This document shows, in pieces, positions 21,117 to 30,809 of a stretch of 64,000 bases of DNA. The position numbers and the translations under genes are program-made. Below the pieces are notes generated by a model. It worked only from the letters and a program-made list of their open reading frames with translations, did not search any database and had not been told where the DNA came from. Each line of letters opens with the position of its first letter. Within the stretch, counting starts at the first letter, position 1. Origin of the DNA: Myxococcota bacterium (GTDB lineage Bacteria; Myxococcota_A; UBA796; GCA-2862545); NCBI GenBank assembly GCA_039208735.1, contig JBCCQY010000006.1, positions 1-64,000 on the forward strand, written 5' to 3'.

Positions 21117-21295
21117 TTGGTTGTCTTCTTAGTGTGCAACTCATGGTCGCTGTTCATGGCGATGAGTTCTCATTCAATAAGCAGCGCTCAAACAGCACGC
21201 GGGCTACGCCCAGGAGGCGTTTGAAGCCCTTACGCGTCGAGGCCCCGAGGAGTTAGGCGCCTCACGACCTGCGAGGTCAGGGTGAGATGGCGGGT

Positions 21296-21967
21296 TCATA
21301 GATTCGCAGGGGGAAGCATACGGTGCTCGGCGGCCCATCGTTGAGCGGGGTCCCACCAACGGAGTCGGTGCTCACGCGCCCATGCAAGCGACGCACTAAG
21401 CGAGCCGACTCGACCGGGTTTGGCATCGCGCTCGAGAAGCCAATCGCCGAGGGGGGTTGAACCGGGGTGCGCCAAGGGAGTGATTTGGTAGGCGAGGAGT
21501 CGTACCAGGTCATCCATCGGGGCCTCGGCGCCACTCCTCGCAAGGATGCCAAGGACCAGCCGCACCGCGGTCGACACAAATCGGCTTGCACTACCGATTT
21601 GACGCATCGAGTCAGGTGGGGGCTGCTCTGAGCCATCTCCACGAAGGGCTTCGTCGTGGATGCTCTCCGCGGCCAAGATGGCGCAAGTGACGGCTTCGGT
21701 CGTAGGTCCCTGTGGCTCGCTCCAATGCGTGATGATCCGGGTCTCATGCATGCGGTCGTACGACACGGTCATCCCCTCAGCCCACGCTGCCGCAATCCGA
21801 AGGCTGGCTTGCTGAATGGGGGCTGCGTCCGGCGGCATGAGATGGCCAATGGTCCTCACGCAAAGCACGGCACACCAAGCCCCGCCACGTGGGTCCTGCC
21901 AGGTGAGATCGGTGAGCATGTTGACCGCATCGTTGGACGTTCGGTTCGAGACCGGATCGTTGGCCAT
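21296..21967 (-). CDS. Hypothetical protein, possibly Imm5-like helical domain
   Basis: AWCAVLC...LRIAAAWAEG pattern; helical composition. Confidence 0.55.
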   Translation of the reverse strand: MANDPVSNRTSNDAVNMLTDLTWQDPRGGAWCAVLCVRTIGHLMPPDAAPIQQASLRIAAAWAEGMTVSYDRMHETRIITHWSEPQGPTTEAVTCAILAAESIHDEALRGDGSEQPPPDSMRQIGSASRFVSTAVRLVLGILARSGAEAPMDDLVRLLAYQITPLAHPGSTPLGDWLLERDAKPGRVGSLSASLAWAREHRLRWWDPAQRWAAEHRMLPPANL

Positions 21968-22047
21968 GAAGGTTGCTCCCCTCCCATCGTACCGGACGGC
22001 ACGGGGCGCCTCACGCGGGGCAGATTAAAGAACCAGCCGGAGTCAAA

Positions 22048-22653
22048 ATGGCTGGAGAGCGCCGTCCGGGGAGGCCCCGCACCATCGATCGAGTCGAAGC
22101 CGTGCAGATCGCGATGCGGTCGTGGTGGGCCGAGGGGGTCGAGGCGGTGTCCCTCAACGAGATCAGTCGTCGAACGGGGCTGTCGAAGTCGAGCCTCTAC
22201 CGAGAGTTTGGTGGTGAGGACGGGCTGATGGTCGCGGCATTGGAGCAGTACCGAACGTTGTCGGCGCTGCCGCTGTTGGAGTTGTTTGAACCGCCAGCCG
22301 AGCCCGTCGACCAGTTGGCGAAGGTGGTCATGGCGACGACCATGGAGCATGGTCTACCGCCAGGCTGCTTCTTCACCAAACTCCGACTGACGAAGGCGAC
22401 CCTTGGTGAAGCAACCCAGTCGCTTGTGGCGAAAATGGTTGAGGAGCGTCTCGCTACGTTCGAGCGTTGGTACCGTTCCGTCCTGGAGCAGGGCCTCGCC
22501 GCGCCGGATCTTTCAGCTACGCAAGCGGCCCGCTACATCGACGCCCAATTGACGTTGATTCTCGTTCGTTTGGCGGCCGGGGATGTTCTCGAGTCGGTCC
22601 GCCAGGATGCAACGCTTGCGCTAAGCGTTGTTCTTGGCTCACGGGTGGAGTGA
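22048..22653 (+). CDS. TetR/AcrR regulator
   Basis: GRPR; GLSKSSLYREFGGEDGL; GCFF. Confidence 0.92.
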   Translation: MAGERRPGRPRTIDRVEAVQIAMRSWWAEGVEAVSLNEISRRTGLSKSSLYREFGGEDGLMVAALEQYRTLSALPLLELFEPPAEPVDQLAKVVMATTMEHGLPPGCFFTKLRLTKATLGEATQSLVAKMVEERLATFERWYRSVLEQGLAAPDLSATQAARYIDAQLTLILVRLAAGDVLESVRQDATLALSVVLGSRVE

Positions 22654-22668
22654 AATAGGCTGGCCGGC

Positions 22669-23844
22669 ATGACGACATGGATGCGCGACTGGCTCATAGG
22701 CCAAGGGGTGTCGAACGGTCTCGCCACGTTCGGTGCGGTTGGGGCAACGCTGGTGGTGATCTATGTCCTCACCGAGCTGCTCCGCGGGGGGAGCAAGGTG
22801 CTGGTGGGGCGGCTCACCGACGACACCCCCGAATGGCACGAAAAGCTGTCTTCACGACAGGTTTATCGGTCGGCGGCTCGCACGATTGGGCTCGTGATCG
22901 TGAGCGACCAGCTGGTGCCGGTGCTCGAGGGGTGGCCGGGGATCCACAACACGGTCGATACGCTGTTTCAAATTGGGATTGTACTTGGATTGACCGCCGT
23001 GTTCATCGGAGTGGTGAACGCGGTGGTCGAGGTGCTGGAAACGCGCGACGATGAGGGACGCCTGCCCGCTCGCGTGATGGGCCAGGCCGTCATCGTTGTG
23101 GTGGTGTGCTACGTCGCCATCATTCTGGCGTCGCTCGTCACCGGTGAAAACGTCACCAACTTACTCACGAGCATCACCGCCCTTGGCGCCGTCATGGTCT
23201 ATGTGTTTCGGGATCTCATCTTGGGATGGACGGCGGTGGTGCAGATCGCGGCCAACGACCTGCTGAAGGTGGGGGACTGGATCTCCAGGTCGAGGGACGG
23301 GGTGGACGGTGTGGTGACGGAGGTTGCCATCACCACGGTCAAGGTGAAGAACTGGGATGGCTCGACGTCGGCCGTGTCGACCTACGGGCTGGTCACCGAC
23401 GGGTTTACGAATTGGCGATCGATGTTCGACGGGGGAGCCCGCCGGATGCGGTTCGACCTGATCGTCGATGCGACAATGGTGCGGGAAGTCGATGCGGATT
23501 GGCCTGCCGCTCGCACGGAGGCAGGGTGGCCCGAGGCCGAATCGCCAGCCGGGGCCACAAACCTGTGGTGGTTTCGCCGTTGGCTTCACCACACGGTGGC
23601 AGACCATCCGCTCACCCACCCCGAGCAGACGGTGCTTGTGAGCGTGCGACAGCCCACTCCCGAGGGGGTGCCCATCCAGGTCCATGCGTTTTCATCGGAC
23701 ACCGGCTGGTCATCGCTTGAAGCTTACAAATCCGAACTCATCGAGCAGGCCTTGGCCGCGCTGCCGCGCTTCGACCTTCGGCCCTACCAAGCCCTGACCA
23801 CCCAGGATCTACAGACCCGTGGGGCCTTGGATTCAGCTATTTAG
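22669..23844 (+). CDS. Small-conductance mechanosensitive channel (MscS family, YbdG-like)
   Basis: Multiple TMs; VQIAANDLLKVGDWI; TTVKVKNWD; FTNWRSM; GARRM. Confidence 0.92.
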   Translation: MTTWMRDWLIGQGVSNGLATFGAVGATLVVIYVLTELLRGGSKVLVGRLTDDTPEWHEKLSSRQVYRSAARTIGLVIVSDQLVPVLEGWPGIHNTVDTLFQIGIVLGLTAVFIGVVNAVVEVLETRDDEGRLPARVMGQAVIVVVVCYVAIILASLVTGENVTNLLTSITALGAVMVYVFRDLILGWTAVVQIAANDLLKVGDWISRSRDGVDGVVTEVAITTVKVKNWDGSTSAVSTYGLVTDGFTNWRSMFDGGARRMRFDLIVDATMVREVDADWPAARTEAGWPEAESPAGATNLWWFRRWLHHTVADHPLTHPEQTVLVSVRQPTPEGVPIQVHAFSSDTGWSSLEAYKSELIEQALAALPRFDLRPYQALTTQDLQTRGALDSAI

Positions 23845-24450
23845 CTCGGCAATCAGGGCATCGGTTCGTTGACTGGCGCGCTGGTAGGCCTCTCGAGCGA
23901 AGCACCGCTCGAGATAGGCCTCGAAGGTGGGACGTCGCTCGATGTGGGGCATGAACCGCGTGCCCCATTCGAGTTGAGAGCCCAGGTAGACGTCTGCGGC
24001 AGAGAATTGGTCGCCCAGAATCCAAGGGCCCGGCGTGATGGCGGATTCAAGGGTGTCGACCATCTGTTCGAAGGTGCCGTAGCCAATGGACCTGCGTTGT
24101 TCGTCTCGGAGCTGGTCGTTCTCCTTGTCGAACAGTGCATGCTCGATGCATGCCGTCGCGAAGAACAGCCAACGGTAGTACGTCCCCCGGTCGGCCACCG
24201 AAGGCGCAAGCTTGGCCTCCGGAAAGGCGTCGGCCAGGTACGCACAAATGGCAGGAGCCTCGGTCACTACGACATCGCCGTGGACCAGCGTAGGGATTTT
24301 GCCCATCGGATTAAGGGCGAGGAAGTCCGGCGTTCGGTGCTCGCCCAGCGTGACGAGACGCGCTTCCCAAGGGTGTCCCGCTTCTTCGAGGGCCCAGTGG
24401 GCGATGCGAGCCCGGGAAAAGGGATGGGTGTACAGCACCAGCTCGGACAT
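23833..24450 (-). CDS. Glutathione S-transferase
   Basis: PFSRA; LNPMGKIPTL; TEAPAICAYLAD; GDQFSAAD. Confidence 0.95.
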   Translation of the reverse strand: MSELVLYTHPFSRARIAHWALEEAGHPWEARLVTLGEHRTPDFLALNPMGKIPTLVHGDVVVTEAPAICAYLADAFPEAKLAPSVADRGTYYRWLFFATACIEHALFDKENDQLRDEQRRSIGYGTFEQMVDTLESAITPGPWILGDQFSAADVYLGSQLEWGTRFMPHIERRPTFEAYLERCFAREAYQRASQRTDALIAELNS

Positions 24451-24455
24451 CGAAT

Positions 24456-25496
24456 TCACCACTCCATCAGGCCCGCCGCGAGCGAGAGACCCGCCCCCAA
24501 ACCGCAGAATAGCACCTTTGCGCCTCTCCGGAGTCGGCCGTCGCGTTCCGCCGTTGCAAGCGCCATGGGCAGTGATGCCGCGACACAGTTTCCGTACGTG
24601 CTCACGATGTCGACGAGCTGCTCGTCGCTCACGCCAACCCGCCGGAACGCCTGCAGTCCTGGTCCAGACATCTGGTGAGGCACCACCAGATCGATGTCGG
24701 CCAGCGTGAGTCCGTTGCGCTGGATCACGCTGAACATCATCTCGGCCATCTTGGCGCGACCGAGCCGGTAGATCCGGGTGCCTTGCATGCGAAAACGGTA
24801 GTCTTCAACGGTCGCCTCGTGAGGCGGCAACCGCGTGCCGGCGCCGGGAATCTGCGCATATACAGCCCCTTCCGGCCAGCTCTCAAAAGCGAAATCGAGC
24901 CAACGACCTTGGCCCCGCTCGATCACCGCGGCGGCTGCGCCATCCCCGATCAATGCGGCGGACTCGGGCTCTCCAAAATCACGGAACCCAGTTCCTTTTT
25001 CGGCGGACACAAGCAGGATGCGCTGCCAGGTGCCCGCTGCGGCGTAGTGAACTGCGGTGTGGAGCCCTACGAGGAACGACAAACAGGTCGCATGAACCGA
25101 GAATGAGGGAATTCCCGAGTAACCAAGCGCCTCCTGGATGAACACGGAGCTATCGGGGATGAGCTGTACTGGCGTGAGGGAGGCATTCAGAATCAAGTCT
25201 GGCGGCGGCCCGTCTCCAAGGGCATCGCGGGCGGCGAGGGCGGCCATCTCTTCCATGGGCAAGTCCGAAACACGCCGCTCGACCACGCCGGTACGGCTAC
25301 GGATCCAGTCCGCAGAGCGACCAATCTGCGGGGCGAGGTCCTCGGCCGTTTGGACCTTGCCGGGGGCCGCGAAACCGGTCCCCACGATGCTCACTGGCAA
25401 CCCTGGGCGTTCGGTTTTCACCGACCGGGTCGCCCGCCGCTTCGCCCGCCTTCCGCGCGCGGTGGCGGTTCGCTGTGTGAAACGCCTCGACCTCAC
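24456..25496 (-). CDS. 3-oxoacyl-ACP synthase III (FabH-like) family protein
   Basis: Catalytic ATCLSF / PHQ / GNCVAAS; AGGAGG RBS before GTG 25496; start uncertain. Confidence 0.9.
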   Translation of the reverse strand: MRSRRFTQRTATARGRRAKRRATRSVKTERPGLPVSIVGTGFAAPGKVQTAEDLAPQIGRSADWIRSRTGVVERRVSDLPMEEMAALAARDALGDGPPPDLILNASLTPVQLIPDSSVFIQEALGYSGIPSFSVHATCLSFLVGLHTAVHYAAAGTWQRILLVSAEKGTGFRDFGEPESAALIGDGAAAAVIERGQGRWLDFAFESWPEGAVYAQIPGAGTRLPPHEATVEDYRFRMQGTRIYRLGRAKMAEMMFSVIQRNGLTLADIDLVVPHQMSGPGLQAFRRVGVSDEQLVDIVSTYGNCVAASLPMALATAERDGRLRRGAKVLFCGLGAGLSLAAGLMEW

Positions 25497-25635
25497 GCAG
25501 TCCTCCTTTCCTATCGACGACAACACGGTACCCACGCTAGCCTTCAGTCCCCACGGGCTTTCCGTGACCGACCGTTAGCGTTCGTAAGCGCGTGGCCGAT
25601 GTCGGTGCTTCAACCGGGCGGGATACGGAGGCGAA

Positions 25636-26307
25636 ATGGCCGAGACCCTCCTCATCGTCGAGGATGACGTTGAACTCGTCGAACTGCTATCAGAGTACCT
25701 TGCCCGCCAGGGCTTCGAGGTTGCGGCAGAGGGAAACGGCGACCGTGCGATCACTCGGATTCATGCCGAGTCTCCAGATGCCGTCATTCTCGACATCGGT
25801 CTGCAGGGGACCGACGGCTTGACGGTGTGTCGGCGCGTTCGCGAACACTACGATGGCCCCATCCTCATTTACTCGGCCCGCGGTGACGAAGTCGACCAAA
25901 CCATTGGCCTTGAGTTGGGCGCCGACGACTATGTTCCCAAGCCCGCGAGTCCTCGGTTGCTGGTGGCCCGGCTGCGCGCCGTTCTGCGACGTCGAGAGCC
26001 GCGGGGAACCCGCTTCGACATTGGGGATTTGTCGATTAATGCCAGTGCTCGCAGCGTGAGTCGAAGTGGTGAACCCGTCGAACTCACCACCGCAGAGTTT
26101 GATCTGCTTTGGGCGCTCGCCCGTAATGCGGGCCGCCCGATGTCGCGTCAGGACCTCATGCGGGCCTGTCGGGGGATCGACTACGACGGGCTGGACCGCT
26201 CACTCGACGTTCGAGTGGCGAAGCTCCGTCAACGGCTCGGCGACACCGACCGCAAGCTCGTGAAGACGGTTCGTGGCGTCGGCTACCAACTTGCGGTGGA
26301 GCCATGA
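25636..26307 (+). CDS. OmpR-family response regulator (RstA-like)
   Basis: VEDD; LDI; GADDYVPKP; LTTAEFDLL; KTVRGVGY. Confidence 0.95.
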   Translation: MAETLLIVEDDVELVELLSEYLARQGFEVAAEGNGDRAITRIHAESPDAVILDIGLQGTDGLTVCRRVREHYDGPILIYSARGDEVDQTIGLELGADDYVPKPASPRLLVARLRAVLRRREPRGTRFDIGDLSINASARSVSRSGEPVELTTAEFDLLWALARNAGRPMSRQDLMRACRGIDYDGLDRSLDVRVAKLRQRLGDTDRKLVKTVRGVGYQLAVEP

Positions 26308-27551
26308 AAACTTCGTTATTCGCCCAGTTTGCGCTTGCGCTCGGGGTGGGTCATGCCGTGGGCATCCTCATGTGGGCCCTCGCCGCCGCGGTGTTGGTGC
26401 CGCGCGTGGCCGAGGAGCATCTGGCGACGATCCTGGACACTCCGATGTCCGCCCTCGCGGAGCGACTCGCCCCCGCCGATGCAGCCACACGTCAGCAGAT
26501 TCTCGACGAACTCGACGACCCTCGCATCAGCCTTACCGAACCCTTGGACGACGAAGCGTTGCCGGATGCCGGAGAACTTCGGCTCGACGTCGCCTACCCG
26601 CACGTTCGCGTCTACCGGCCCATCGACGCGACGACCTGGGTGGCCCTTGGGCCGCTGCGAGCGGTGCCCGTCGGGGCAGAACTTCGCTGGATCGGGTTGG
26701 CTTTGCTCGCCACGGTGGGGGTGGGGATTGGCGCCTGGGTTGCGTTGCGGCCGGTTCGGCGGGCGTTGGTCGTGCTCGCGGGCGTCGCGAAGGCGTTTGG
26801 CAGTGGTGATCTCACCGCGCGAGCCCGAGTGAGCGGGCCGGCCGAATTGCGCGAGGTCGGCGAGGCGTTCGATGCGATGGCGGATCGGATCCACGGTTTG
26901 TTGCGGGTCCAACAAGAGACCTTGCAGGGCGTTTCCCACGAACTAAGGACGCCCCTGACCCGGGCGCGCATCGCCCTGGAGTTGGTGGCGGACACCGAGG
27001 CGCCAGAGCGCCGCGAAGAACTTGCCGGAAAAGTCTCGGGTAACCTCGATCAGATGGAACGGCTCCTCGACGAGTTGCTGGCCTACCTGCGGCTTGATGC
27101 TCCTCAAGAATTGGCCACGCAGGCGACGGATTTGGTCGCACTGGCCGAGAGCGTCGTGCGCGAGAGCGAGCCGCGGATTCCCGTCCGAGTCACCGGAGCA
27201 GGCCACGCCTCGGTCGAGCCCAGGCTGCTGCGCCGTGCGTTGCGCAACCTCGTCAGCAACGCGGCGCGTCATGCGGATGGCGAAGTCGTGGTGAACATCG
27301 AAGTCAACCACGGAATCGCGTACCTTCACGTTGACGATGACGGACCGGGCATTCCGGCCGACGAACGTGGTCTTATCTTGCTTCCCTTCCGACGAGGAGA
27401 CGTCGCTCGCTCCTTGGACCCACGAGGAGCCGGCCTGGGATTGCCCATCGTGGCCCGGGTTGGCAAGGCGCATGGAGGCACCCTCGACCTCGACGACAGC
27501 CCGCTTGGCGGGGCACGGGTCACGTTGAGCATTCCTGTCAAACCCGCCTGA
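26304..27551 (+). CDS. HAMP-containing sensor histidine kinase (RstB-like)
   Basis: SHELRTPLTR; NLVSNA; DDDGPGI; GAGLGL; ATGA overlap with the regulator. Confidence 0.95.
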   Translation: MKTSLFAQFALALGVGHAVGILMWALAAAVLVPRVAEEHLATILDTPMSALAERLAPADAATRQQILDELDDPRISLTEPLDDEALPDAGELRLDVAYPHVRVYRPIDATTWVALGPLRAVPVGAELRWIGLALLATVGVGIGAWVALRPVRRALVVLAGVAKAFGSGDLTARARVSGPAELREVGEAFDAMADRIHGLLRVQQETLQGVSHELRTPLTRARIALELVADTEAPERREELAGKVSGNLDQMERLLDELLAYLRLDAPQELATQATDLVALAESVVRESEPRIPVRVTGAGHASVEPRLLRRALRNLVSNAARHADGEVVVNIEVNHGIAYLHVDDDGPGIPADERGLILLPFRRGDVARSLDPRGAGLGLPIVARVGKAHGGTLDLDDSPLGGARVTLSIPVKPA

Positions 27552-27573
27552 GCCCGACGTCGTCTGGGCGGAG

Positions 27574-28449
27574 TTAGCACACGTAGCCCCCTGGGCCCTC
27601 GGCCAGTACGTGTTGCTCGGATTCGGATAGTGACGCAGAGCCCTTGGTGAAGGTGTCTCGGTGCGCGACGAGTCGTTCGCGCACATGTCCCGATTGGGTG
27701 CAGAACACGACGCTTACGGTGTCGGGGCCCATCTCGACCCGAGGCCGCCAGTCGATGGGCGAAGGTGCGGGCCCGGACCAGGATGCGGGAAGTGCGTCGA
27801 TGTAGTGGTGATGACCCCAGCTCACCCCATGCCAGAGTGCGGCGAAGTCGGTGGCCTCTCGGGCTACGATGGCGGCTTCGAGGTAGCTGCGTGGTTCGTC
27901 TGCGGAAGGCACAAGCCAGGCCTTGTGGACGGGATCGAGTTCGTCCGTCAGGTCTTGCCAGGTGAGGGGCTGCGCGATGGGTACGGGAAAGAGCCTGCCG
28001 TGGCCGTCGCCCGACCTGCGCCACGCGACGGCCCGGAGGTCAAACCGCTCGTTCCAGCGCAGGTGGGGAGCGGCGCGCATCAGGTCTTCCGCCATGACTG
28101 GCCACTCGAACTCCCCGTTGCCCCTGCCGAGTCCCCGAACCAAGTGGGCACCATCGCTCTCGAGGTCGTCTGCGAGGCGGTGATGACCTACGACAGCGAG
28201 GGGAAGTTCGGCAAGCTGCCGCTTGGCTTCGGCCAGCGAGAGGCCGAGGGCGTCACGAATTCGGTGGAGCACTCGCCAAGGGCGCGGTCCAAGACGGTGG
28301 ATGAACACGGTGGAGATGTCGGGCTCATCTCGTTCGTCAGGAGGACCCGGCACATGGCGGCGAAAGTCGGCTCGCAGCGTTTCGAGGTCGCCCGCGGCAA
28401 ACCAGGTGACCCCGGTGGGGCGCGGAACCAGCCAGTGGGGCGGGGTCAT
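27574..28449 (-). CDS. Hypothetical protein with an L7/L12-CTD-like segment
   Basis: VLHRIRDALGLSLAEAKRQLAELP motif. Confidence 0.6.
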   Translation of the reverse strand: MTPPHWLVPRPTGVTWFAAGDLETLRADFRRHVPGPPDERDEPDISTVFIHRLGPRPWRVLHRIRDALGLSLAEAKRQLAELPLAVVGHHRLADDLESDGAHLVRGLGRGNGEFEWPVMAEDLMRAAPHLRWNERFDLRAVAWRRSGDGHGRLFPVPIAQPLTWQDLTDELDPVHKAWLVPSADEPRSYLEAAIVAREATDFAALWHGVSWGHHHYIDALPASWSGPAPSPIDWRPRVEMGPDTVSVVFCTQSGHVRERLVAHRDTFTKGSASLSESEQHVLAEGPGGYVC

Positions 28450-28508
28450 TGAGCGCGCATAACGCACGAACACGCACAACATCAAAGACAGCCGCCGTGC
28501 ACAAGCCA

Positions 28509-28931
28509 CTAGTCATCCGTCGACACGGGGGTGCTCAGATCGACGCTGATCGTACGCGGCGTACCTTCTCGGGTGAGGGTTAGTACGAGTTTCTCGGCGT
28601 CTTTGATGGATTGGTAGGCGGTAAGTGCCTCCTTGGGCGAGGTGAGGGCATGCCCATTCACGCTGTGAATTACATCACCGTTGACGAGGTCGAGCTGCTC
28701 TCCCAGGACGCTTCGACGCAACCCGCCGATGCGGAAGCCAACGACGTCACCGTCCGCGTTGCGTTGCGGCACGACGCGGCCAGCGCGGGCCAAGGCATCA
28801 GGGTTCATGACGAGGTCCCGCAGCGTTTTGGGGGATGCAGAGGCGGGCTCGTTGTTGACTTCACTTGGCTGGGGAGCGGTTTGGCCGATCCCCCCACACC
28901 CGATTGCGACCATCATTATCCACGTGACCAC
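28509..28931 (-). CDS. Lipoprotein consisting of a GspC-type PDZ domain
   Basis: VAIGC lipobox; RVVP...GFRIGGLR...NGDVIHSVNG..LTSP..AL.AY...LTREG. Confidence 0.8.
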   Translation of the reverse strand: MVTWIMMVAIGCGGIGQTAPQPSEVNNEPASASPKTLRDLVMNPDALARAGRVVPQRNADGDVVGFRIGGLRRSVLGEQLDLVNGDVIHSVNGHALTSPKEALTAYQSIKDAEKLVLTLTREGTPRTISVDLSTPVSTDD

Positions 28932-28989
28932 CTGACCTCCTTGTGGTGGGCAAGGGATTCTCTCTCAGCGCTCGCCATCGAGCACAGCG

Positions 28990-29382
28990 TCAGAGGTCGT
29001 TAGGCAAAGCCGGTTTGGGCCCAAGCGCTCCTGTTTCGAGAGCTTCCTCGACCTTGTCGAGCACGGCTCGCACATGCTCTCGATGAAGTTCGGCCTGTCC
29101 CTCGGCGTGGCGGCGGGCCTCCGGCGACAAATCGTTTGCATCCAGAATCTCACCATACTCGCCACCGGTTTCAAGCTCCCGTTTGAACGCTTCCAACACC
29201 TCTGGATCCTTGAGCGCATTCTTGGCGTCGTGCCATGCCATGGCGTTCTTGGACTGTTCGATGAACTGCCTTGCCATGGACAACAACGCCTCGGGGTCGT
29301 CGCGCGGAAGCTCGAGCCGTGAGGGCGAGATCGGGCCGGGTCGCCTCTGCGGCGTCCTAAGGTGGCTCACTCCCTGCGGCAA
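28990..29382 (-). CDS. Hypothetical helical protein or fragment; start uncertain
   Basis: 130-aa ORF with plausible composition from LELPRDDPEALL onward. Confidence 0.4.
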   Translation of the reverse strand: MPQGVSHLRTPQRRPGPISPSRLELPRDDPEALLSMARQFIEQSKNAMAWHDAKNALKDPEVLEAFKRELETGGEYGEILDANDLSPEARRHAEGQAELHREHVRAVLDKVEEALETGALGPKPALPNDL

Positions 29383-29470
29383 TCAACCAGACGGTTTGCC
29401 CGTGTCTGAGGACTAAGCCTGAGAATGCCTGCCGGTCCCCTTGGACTGCGGCCTCGATGTCGTTGTTCAT
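29340..29470 (-). pseudogene. Decayed ECF sigma factor N-terminal remnant
   Basis: MNNDIEAAVQGDRQAFSGLVLRHGQTVWLIA, then SHLR and DAAEA in different frames around a TAG; GGAGG RBS. Confidence 0.55.
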
Positions 29471-29596
29471 ACACGGCCTCCGTTCCAAGACGCAGCCCAA
29501 CGTTCGGTGTGACTGCGAGGGCGAAAAAGCGATGCCCGCATGAAATCGTGCCCCGTTCCGCGCGATTTCCTTAGGGTCGTGCGTATACCGGGTGTG

Positions 29597-30136
29597 ATGA
29601 CCGACGAACACCTTTTTCGCGCAATCTTGGCCCGACAGCTTCGCTGGGCCATGGGACGAGGGCTGCCGCCCCAAGAAGCCGAGGACGTGGTCTTCGAGGC
29701 TTTCGAACGAGCTCGGCGCAGCTTCGACGCCGAACGCGGCGCCTTCGATACCTATGTGCACGCGTTGGTTCGAAACGCATGTGCCTCGTGGTGGCGCCGT
29801 CGGCAGACTCGCGAGCGCGTGCACCAACACTTGAGGCTTCTGGCCCCGCTCGAAGCCGCGCCGGACCCTCCCGCGGCTGCGGCGTACCAAGCTCGCATCG
29901 TTGATGCCCTCGACGACGACGAACGCGAGGTCTTCATGGCCTGGGCGATGCAGAAGCATGTCGGCAAAGGACAACGCACCTCCGAGGAGTGGGCCACCTC
30001 GCTCGGACTCACAAAGGTCCAGTACGAAAATGCCAAACGCCGACTGAAGGTGAGATTGAACGGGTTGCTCGAAGAATTTGGGTGGTCGGTGGCCCAATTG
30101 CTGCACGGAGTGGACGATGTCGAAGATGCGGGATGA
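29597..30136 (+). CDS. ECF RNA polymerase sigma factor
   Basis: QEAEDVVFEAF; FDAERGAFDTYVHALVRN; region-4-like C-terminus. Confidence 0.85.
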   Translation: MTDEHLFRAILARQLRWAMGRGLPPQEAEDVVFEAFERARRSFDAERGAFDTYVHALVRNACASWWRRRQTRERVHQHLRLLAPLEAAPDPPAAAAYQARIVDALDDDEREVFMAWAMQKHVGKGQRTSEEWATSLGLTKVQYENAKRRLKVRLNGLLEEFGWSVAQLLHGVDDVEDAG

Positions 30137-30809
30137 AGACCCGGCCGAGCGGTTCGTATCGGACTGGATTCGCTCCTCCGCGGGCCAGGCGCGGCTCGAG
30201 GCGCATCTCGACGCCCACCCGTTGCCTGTCGACGAAGCCGTGGTGCAGGCCCATGCCCGCAGACTGGCCAAGCGGCTTGGCAAGGCCCCGCCGCAGCGCC
30301 GTTGGCGGACCCTGGCGGGACTTGGGGCACTGGCGGCTGCGCTGATGTTGGGGGTGCGCGTTTGGCCCGCCGGTCCCGTGTCGGTACCGTCCCGCGTGGA
30401 GCAGTCCGTTGCGTCGTTGGACCTCGCGGTCGCCGAGATGCCGCCGCCCGCCGCCGTCGAGGTGTCGTTGCTCGATGTGGGCGCTTCGTTGATCGCGGAG
30501 CCCGGAGGACGGCTGCTCGTGTCGGAGGTCGATGATGTGGCGGTGGTGTTTTCCAATGACCAGGCGGTCTGGGTCAACGGCCAGCGCATCGAGCCGGGCA
30601 CGTGGGTGGTGTTGTCTGAAGAGGTGGATGGCACAAGGCAGCACCTGACGTTTCCCGATGGGACGGCGCCGCCGCGGTCGGCGGACGTGATGACCGAGGA
30701 CGTTGACGACACGCTCCAGCAGATGCGGTGGCAATCGTTGCCTCCCCGAACCCAGGACCGGTTGGACGAGTTGCTCGATCTTCACCACGCAAAGGAGGAT
30801 CTTCGATGA
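30126..30809 (+). CDS. Putative membrane-anchored anti-sigma factor
   Basis: Overlaps the sigma stop; RRWR plus a single TM (LAGLGALAAALML); periplasmic domain. Confidence 0.6.
   Translation: MRDEDPAERFVSDWIRSSAGQARLEAHLDAHPLPVDEAVVQAHARRLAKRLGKAPPQRRWRTLAGLGALAAALMLGVRVWPAGPVSVPSRVEQSVASLDLAVAEMPPPAAVEVSLLDVGASLIAEPGGRLLVSEVDDVAVVFSNDQAVWVNGQRIEPGTWVVLSEEVDGTRQHLTFPDGTAPPRSADVMTEDVDDTLQQMRWQSLPPRTQDRLDELLDLHHAKEDLR

Noticed and set aside
21159..21180. Fur-like box GATGAGTTCTCATTCAAT
   Set aside because: Too degenerate; single instance
20560..21260. Possible integron attC sites around the small lipoprotein (GCCTAAC on the minus strand near 21255)
   Set aside because: No matching GTTRRRY partner or paired L boxes; no integrase
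29357..30712. 451-aa minus-strand ORF
   Set aside because: Shadow of the ECF/anti-sigma genes; only the last 37 aa look coding (sigma remnant)
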